In this document: positions 60,112 through 64,000 of the stretch, one piece after another
Position numbering within the stretch: position 1 is the first letter of the stretch
How the letters are laid out: the number at the start of each line of letters is the position of its first letter
Assembly: GCA_903884005.1 (NCBI GenBank)
Contig: CAISDA010000072.1
Location: 25,284-89,283, forward strand
DNA: 64,000 nucleotides
DNA from: an uncultured Ignavibacteriota bacterium
Lineage (GTDB): Bacteria > Bacteroidota > Ignavibacteria > UBA10030 > UBA8401
Direction of reading: 5' to 3'
The notes under the pieces: generated by a model
Told to the model about the DNA's origin: nothing
Seen by the model: the letters and a program-made list of their open reading frames with translations, nothing else
Databases searched by the model: none
Translations under genes and position numbers: made by a program

Positions 60112-60328
60112 GGTATGTACGACATGAGGATCACAAAACAAGGATGCAATAGCGGATATAGAGATCGGCTGGGGACGGGATTTTATGGGCGATTATGTAC
60201 GGAGTTGGGTGGCACGTGTGGCGATTTGACACAGCAGCCCCGGCGACAAGACTGCTTTTTTATATCCGTTATTGCCGCATCAACAACACATCAGGGATTG
60301 TATGGACAGAGTTGGGTCACAAGTCTGA
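60112..60328. repeat. Three related ~30-bp direct repeats spaced about 80–105 bp apart in a non-coding stretch upstream of tRNA-Glu.
   Basis: R1 60112–60143 GGTATGTACGACATGAGGATCACAAAACAAGG. R2 60191–60223 GATTATGTACGGAGTTGGGTGGCACGTGTGGCG. R3 60297–60328 GATTGTATGGACAGAGTTGGGTCACAAGTCTG. Confidence 0.4.
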
Positions 60329-60448
60329 ACGGAAGGGATTATTATAGCAATGGGAATAGATCTGAAGCAAGCGCTTTACCCTCATCAATACGATGAGTGG
60401 ATAATACGAAGGACATTTTTTTTTGGGGGGGGGAATCGAGATGAGTAG

Positions 60449-60520
60449 TAGCGCGTACGGGAATCGAACCCGTATTTAAGCCTTGAGAGGGCTCCGTCCT
60501 AACCGTTAGACGAACACGCC
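60449..60520 (-). tRNA. tRNA-Glu (anticodon CTC).
   Basis: Manual fold: acceptor GGCGTGT/ACGCGCT (two G-U pairs), D-stem GTCT/GGAC, anticodon stem GAGCC/GGCTT with loop CTCTCAA (U33, anticodon CTC, A37), T-arm with TTCGATT loop, discriminator A. No encoded CCA. Confidence 0.75.
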
Positions 60521-60851
60521 GGTTGCATATTCTTGAATTCGTGCTGGATTCGGCAGTTTGTGCAGGGTAACGATGCTCGAACTGCCGGATTTTGTACCTT
60601 TCAGTGCATAGATGGTCACCACTTAGTAACCATTTTATAATTCGGTATTTGAACCAATAAGTTACCGATTCTAAAGAGGATTTGCAAGAGGAGGATCGGA
60701 GTATTTTTTGCTCCTGCGGGATATTGTAGTCTCCCATTATAATGGCAGTTGGGCATCGATCAGGTACTTCATGCAACAACCTTCTGAATTGATTTGACCC
60801 TCGTCAACCGCGATGCGATCTGTATCAACGCCATGATATCCTCGGGCTCGA

Positions 60852-63800
60852 TTACAGGATAGTCAACGATGATCTGATCATTACACGCATCATCAGTTCC
60901 GTCAGTTCGTTCTTCCGATACGGCTTGATGATCCTGTCGGTAAATCCATGCTTGGTCGGATTAGAAACCACCGGGTCCTCAGAATACCCGCTTGAGACGA
61001 TGACGACGGAATTCGGATTTATTTTTAGCATTGCAGCGGCGGTCTCTTTACCGCCGGCCCCGCCGGGAATGGTCAGATCGAGAATAGAGGCGGCGAATGA
61101 GTGCCCTGATTTCTCAGCGTCGGTGAAAAGGGCAAGCGCTACCTTTCCATTATTCGCCTGCACCACGGTGTAACCCATTTCCTGGAGCATGCTGTCGAGT
61201 ATCTCGAGAATAAATTCTTCATCATCCATGACAAGGATCGTCCCTGTGCCCGTATGCTTCAGTGTATTATTTCCGATGCCACCGGCTGCCGTCTTTTGCG
61301 ACGCGGGAATGAAAATATGGAATGTCGATCCTTTGCCAACCGTCGATTCAACATCTATCCAACCATCATGTCGTTGTATAATGGAAAACACTGTGGCCAA
61401 TCCAAGGCCATGGCCTGTTGTTTTAGTGGAGAAGAACGGATCGAATATTTTGGGGAGGATGTCGTGAGGTATCCCCTGGCCTTCGTCTTTAATAGAGATG
61501 CGAACAAACATTCCCAAATGGCCCGGCACTTCCTTATCATTCGTGCATGATATACATATCGCCCCGCCCTTCGGCATCGCCTGTTTTCCATTAATGACGA
61601 TGTTGTCGATAACCTGCCCGATCTGATTTTCGTCACAGTCGCAGGCCCACAGATCTTCCGCAAGATTGAACTGACAGCTCACATTCGATCCGCTGAGGGC
61701 AAATGTTGCGCTGTGCTGAATGAGCGGAGCGATCGATTGTGTCTTGCGAACAGGAGCGCCACCCTTCGAAAATGTCAACAACTGCTGGGTGAGCCCTTTG
61801 GCGCGGTCATACACGCCGAGGGCTTTGTCCAGGTATTTCGGGACTTGGGCACTGTTATTCGTGGCGATTGACTCTTTGGCTAAATCCAAATACCCAAAAA
61901 TACCCGCAAGCATATTGTTGAAATCGTGCGCGATGCCGCCCGCCAGTGTGCCAAGGCTTTCCAATTTTTGTGCACGCTGCATGGCCTCGTTCAGTTTCCC
62001 CTTCTCGGTCATGTCTCTGAATACGAGGACGGCACCGATGATCCTGCTCTCGTTATCGCGGATCGGTGCTCCGCTATCGACGATCTGTATCTCACGGCCG
62101 TCTTTAGAGATCAGACACGTGTGGTTGCCCAATTCAACAATATTTCCTGTGCTGAGAATTTTTTCAACGGGATTGTCACATGGCTCGCGAGTAATTGCAT
62201 TGAGAGTACAAAACACTTCCGGTAATGGCCGTCCTACAACATCTTCCGATTTCCATCCGGTCAATTCTTCGGCCGCCCTGTTGATCATGACGATACTGCC
62301 GTCCGTATCGGTGGTGATCACGCCGTCGCCAATGCTGCGCAGTGTGACAGAGAGACGTTCCTTTTCCTGGGCAAGGACGAGTTCGTTATGCTTTCGGTCT
62401 GTGATATCTGCGGCGGTGGTCATGAGATACAGCGGCTTGTGTTGTTTATCGCGACGCATGGTTGAACTTAGATCCACCCAAACAACGCTGCCCTTCTTAT
62501 GAATGAACCGCTTGAAAAACCGCACCGATTCCTGATCGCCCGAGATGAGCGATCCAATTTGGCGCTGCGTCAACTCGATATCATCAGGATGAGTGATGTC
62601 CTGCCATGTTGCGTCCTGCATTTCCTTGATGGAATACCCGACCATATCGCAAAACGCCTTGTTCATATGAACCTTGCCATCGAGATGGGTGATCGATTTT
62701 CCAACCATGGAATATTCAAATATATATTTGAATTTGTCTTCGCTCTCGTTCAGCGCCTCATCCGCCTGTTTGCGCTTGGTGATGTCGCGTTCGATGACTA
62801 TTGCCAGGTGCTTCCCTCCAACCATGATCTGCTGTGCTCTGACTTCAGTATCGAAGAAGGAACCGTCTTTGCGTTTGTGGCGGATTTCGAAATCCGGCGT
62901 CATGTTCTCGAGGCCCTCCCGCTGTTTGGTTAGGATCACTTGCGCTCTGGCATGGATCGTTGCCATGGATACTTCCGGCTCTATGAATCCGATCGGCTTG
63001 TTGAGAAGTTCGTCGCGGGAGTAGCCGAGAGAGTGGAGCGTCATGTTGTTGACATCTCTGATGATAGGGGGCCCATCCGGCGAAAGTTCGAGTATGAGGA
63101 TCAGATCGCCAGCGTGCTCGAAGAGAGAGCGGTATCGTTCTTCGCTCTCGTGCAGTTTTTCTTCACCATGTTTGCGTTCGGTGATGTCAGTATTCAGGCC
63201 GATCATCCTGACACCTATTCCATTACCATCACGGAGGACAAGGCCGTTCGCCTTAATATACACGATCGTATCGTCAGGATGCTGGACGCGGAACTCCGTA
63301 TCAAATTCCCGATCTCCTCGTATGGCCGCCTGGCATTTCTCGATCGCGCTAGCAGCATCATCGGGGTGCAATCCGTGCGTCCAGGCTTCACTGCCGCCTG
63401 GAAAATTTTCAGCAGTCAGTCCATACAGTTCCAGCATCCTGTCATCCCAGATCATTTCGTTTGTCTGAAGATTCCAATCCCAAACCCCAGCTTTTGCAGA
63501 TACCGTAGCAAGATGAAGGCGCTCGCTGGTTCTCTGTAATTGTTCCTCGACCCTTTTGCGCTCGGTGATATCGCGAACGAACGCGCAATTATATTCTTCA
63601 TCACCCCGTTGAATATAATTTGCAACAATTTCTACCGGAATCAGCCTTCCATCTTTTGCTCGGTGCTCTGTTTCTAACTTTAATGTTCCATGCTTCCGTA
63701 GTTCCGGGAAATGCTGCACCCATTTTTCCGCGTTATAATGCGCATCCACATCCGGAACTGACATCTGAAGTAATTCTTCGCGTGTATACCCAAGCATGCG

Positions 63801-64000
63801 GCAAGCCGCTTCATTGACATCCACAAACGTACCATTTGGTTTCATCCAGAATAGTGACTCTGAAGCAGATTCGACACTCATGCGTGTTAACAAAAGCGTT
63901 TTTTCCGCCAGCCTCATTTCTGTAACGATAGCGCTCAGAACCAGGCCCGAAAATGCCGCCACACTGAGAAATATCTGAATTGCTGCAAGACGTTCGGTTA
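60852..64000 (-). CDS. Large multi-PAS hybrid sensor histidine kinase/response regulator. Partial: the 5' end runs past the window end.
   Basis: Five or more PAS/PAC modules. HisKA H-box IAHDFNNMLAGI. HATPase N/G boxes. C-terminal REC domain (ILVMDDEEFILE). The reading frame stays open upstream of the track start to nt 64000. Confidence 0.85.
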   Translation of the reverse strand, partial: TERLAAIQIFLSVAAFSGLVLSAIVTEMRLAEKTLLLTRMSVESASESLFWMKPNGTFVDVNEAACRMLGYTREELLQMSVPDVDAHYNAEKWVQHFPELRKHGTLKLETEHRAKDGRLIPVEIVANYIQRGDEEYNCAFVRDITERKRVEEQLQRTSERLHLATVSAKAGVWDWNLQTNEMIWDDRMLELYGLTAENFPGGSEAWTHGLHPDDAASAIEKCQAAIRGDREFDTEFRVQHPDDTIVYIKANGLVLRDGNGIGVRMIGLNTDITERKHGEEKLHESEERYRSLFEHAGDLILILELSPDGPPIIRDVNNMTLHSLGYSRDELLNKPIGFIEPEVSMATIHARAQVILTKQREGLENMTPDFEIRHKRKDGSFFDTEVRAQQIMVGGKHLAIVIERDITKRKQADEALNESEDKFKYIFEYSMVGKSITHLDGKVHMNKAFCDMVGYSIKEMQDATWQDITHPDDIELTQRQIGSLISGDQESVRFFKRFIHKKGSVVWVDLSSTMRRDKQHKPLYLMTTAADITDRKHNELVLAQEKERLSVTLRSIGDGVITTDTDGSIVMINRAAEELTGWKSEDVVGRPLPEVFCTLNAITREPCDNPVEKILSTGNIVELGNHTCLISKDGREIQIVDSGAPIRDNESRIIGAVLVFRDMTEKGKLNEAMQRAQKLESLGTLAGGIAHDFNNMLAGIFGYLDLAKESIATNNSAQVPKYLDKALGVYDRAKGLTQQLLTFSKGGAPVRKTQSIAPLIQHSATFALSGSNVSCQFNLAEDLWACDCDENQIGQVIDNIVINGKQAMPKGGAICISCTNDKEVPGHLGMFVRISIKDEGQGIPHDILPKIFDPFFSTKTTGHGLGLATVFSIIQRHDGWIDVESTVGKGSTFHIFIPASQKTAAGGIGNNTLKHTGTGTILVMDDEEFILEILDSMLQEMGYTVVQANNGKVALALFTDAEKSGHSFAASILDLTIPGGAGGKETAAAMLKINPNSVVIVSSGYSEDPVVSNPTKHGFTDRIIKPYRKNELTELMMRVMIRSSLTIL

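Noticed and set aside
60100-60396. 98-aa plus-strand ORF with periodic G-x-Y motifs.
   Set aside because: Its periodicity mirrors the three DNA direct repeats at 60112–60328, and it overlaps the downstream tRNA-Glu (60449–60520) region's flank; it is more likely non-coding repeat DNA.
1-64000. Search for CRISPR arrays, rRNA genes and a LarA-family gene.
   Set aside because: No regularly spaced identical direct repeats with unique spacers, no rRNA-like conserved stretches, and no LarA-like ORF were seen on either strand.

Overview
This 64-kb window is a moderately GC-rich bacterial chromosomal segment, densely coded, with mostly 0–12 nt intergenic gaps or ATGA overlaps within operons and Shine-Dalgarno-like motifs ahead of several genes. 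Three large secreted proteins end in a type-IX-secretion (T9SS) C-terminal sorting domain, which points to an FCB-group bacterium (Bacteroidota/Ignavibacteriota-like); this is an inference, not a database result.

Main content, left to right:
- A minus-strand block: beta-lactamase-family serine hydrolase (partial), URO-D-family protein, EF-hand protein, larB-larC-larE (nickel-pincer cofactor synthesis, no larA), ThuA-like protein, GH5 glycosidase, DUF362-like protein, DUF1003 protein, MOSC protein.
- A plus-strand block: aminotransferase class V, OmpA-family lipoprotein, amino-acid permease; then DMT transporter (-) and polA (+).
- A four-gene minus-strand operon of secreted proteins: signal-peptide protein, caspase-like peptidase C14 with CARDB and EF-hand-like parts, DUF4384/LPP20-like protein, and a 1580-aa FG-GAP/T9SS protein.
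- A seven-gene Hyf-like membrane complex (two NuoL-like, NuoH-like, HyfE-like, NuoN-like, fused NuoCD-like large subunit that has lost the [NiFe]-ligating cysteines, fused ferredoxin-NuoB small subunit), preceded by a translationally coupled HTH-PTS-EIIA(Ntr)-like regulator. I read it as an energy-converting-hydrogenase-related (Ehr) complex. An inverted-repeat family (about 25-36 bp) sits in two of its intergenic gaps.
- Housekeeping genes: add, SixA-like phosphatase, alpha-glucan phosphorylase, pyk, L,D-transpeptidase-like protein.
- A 1300-aa T9SS protein with PD40 beta-propeller and C39-like peptidase domain, tRNA-Pro(GGG), MerR regulator, two secreted/outer-membrane proteins, REC-HK hybrid, inositol monophosphatase, PLP decarboxylase, TonB-dependent receptor.
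- An IS481-like transposase whose DDE residues look degenerate, another T9SS cargo protein, tRNA-Glu(CTC), and a large multi-PAS hybrid sensor kinase (partial at the window end).

No CRISPR arrays or rRNA genes were seen.
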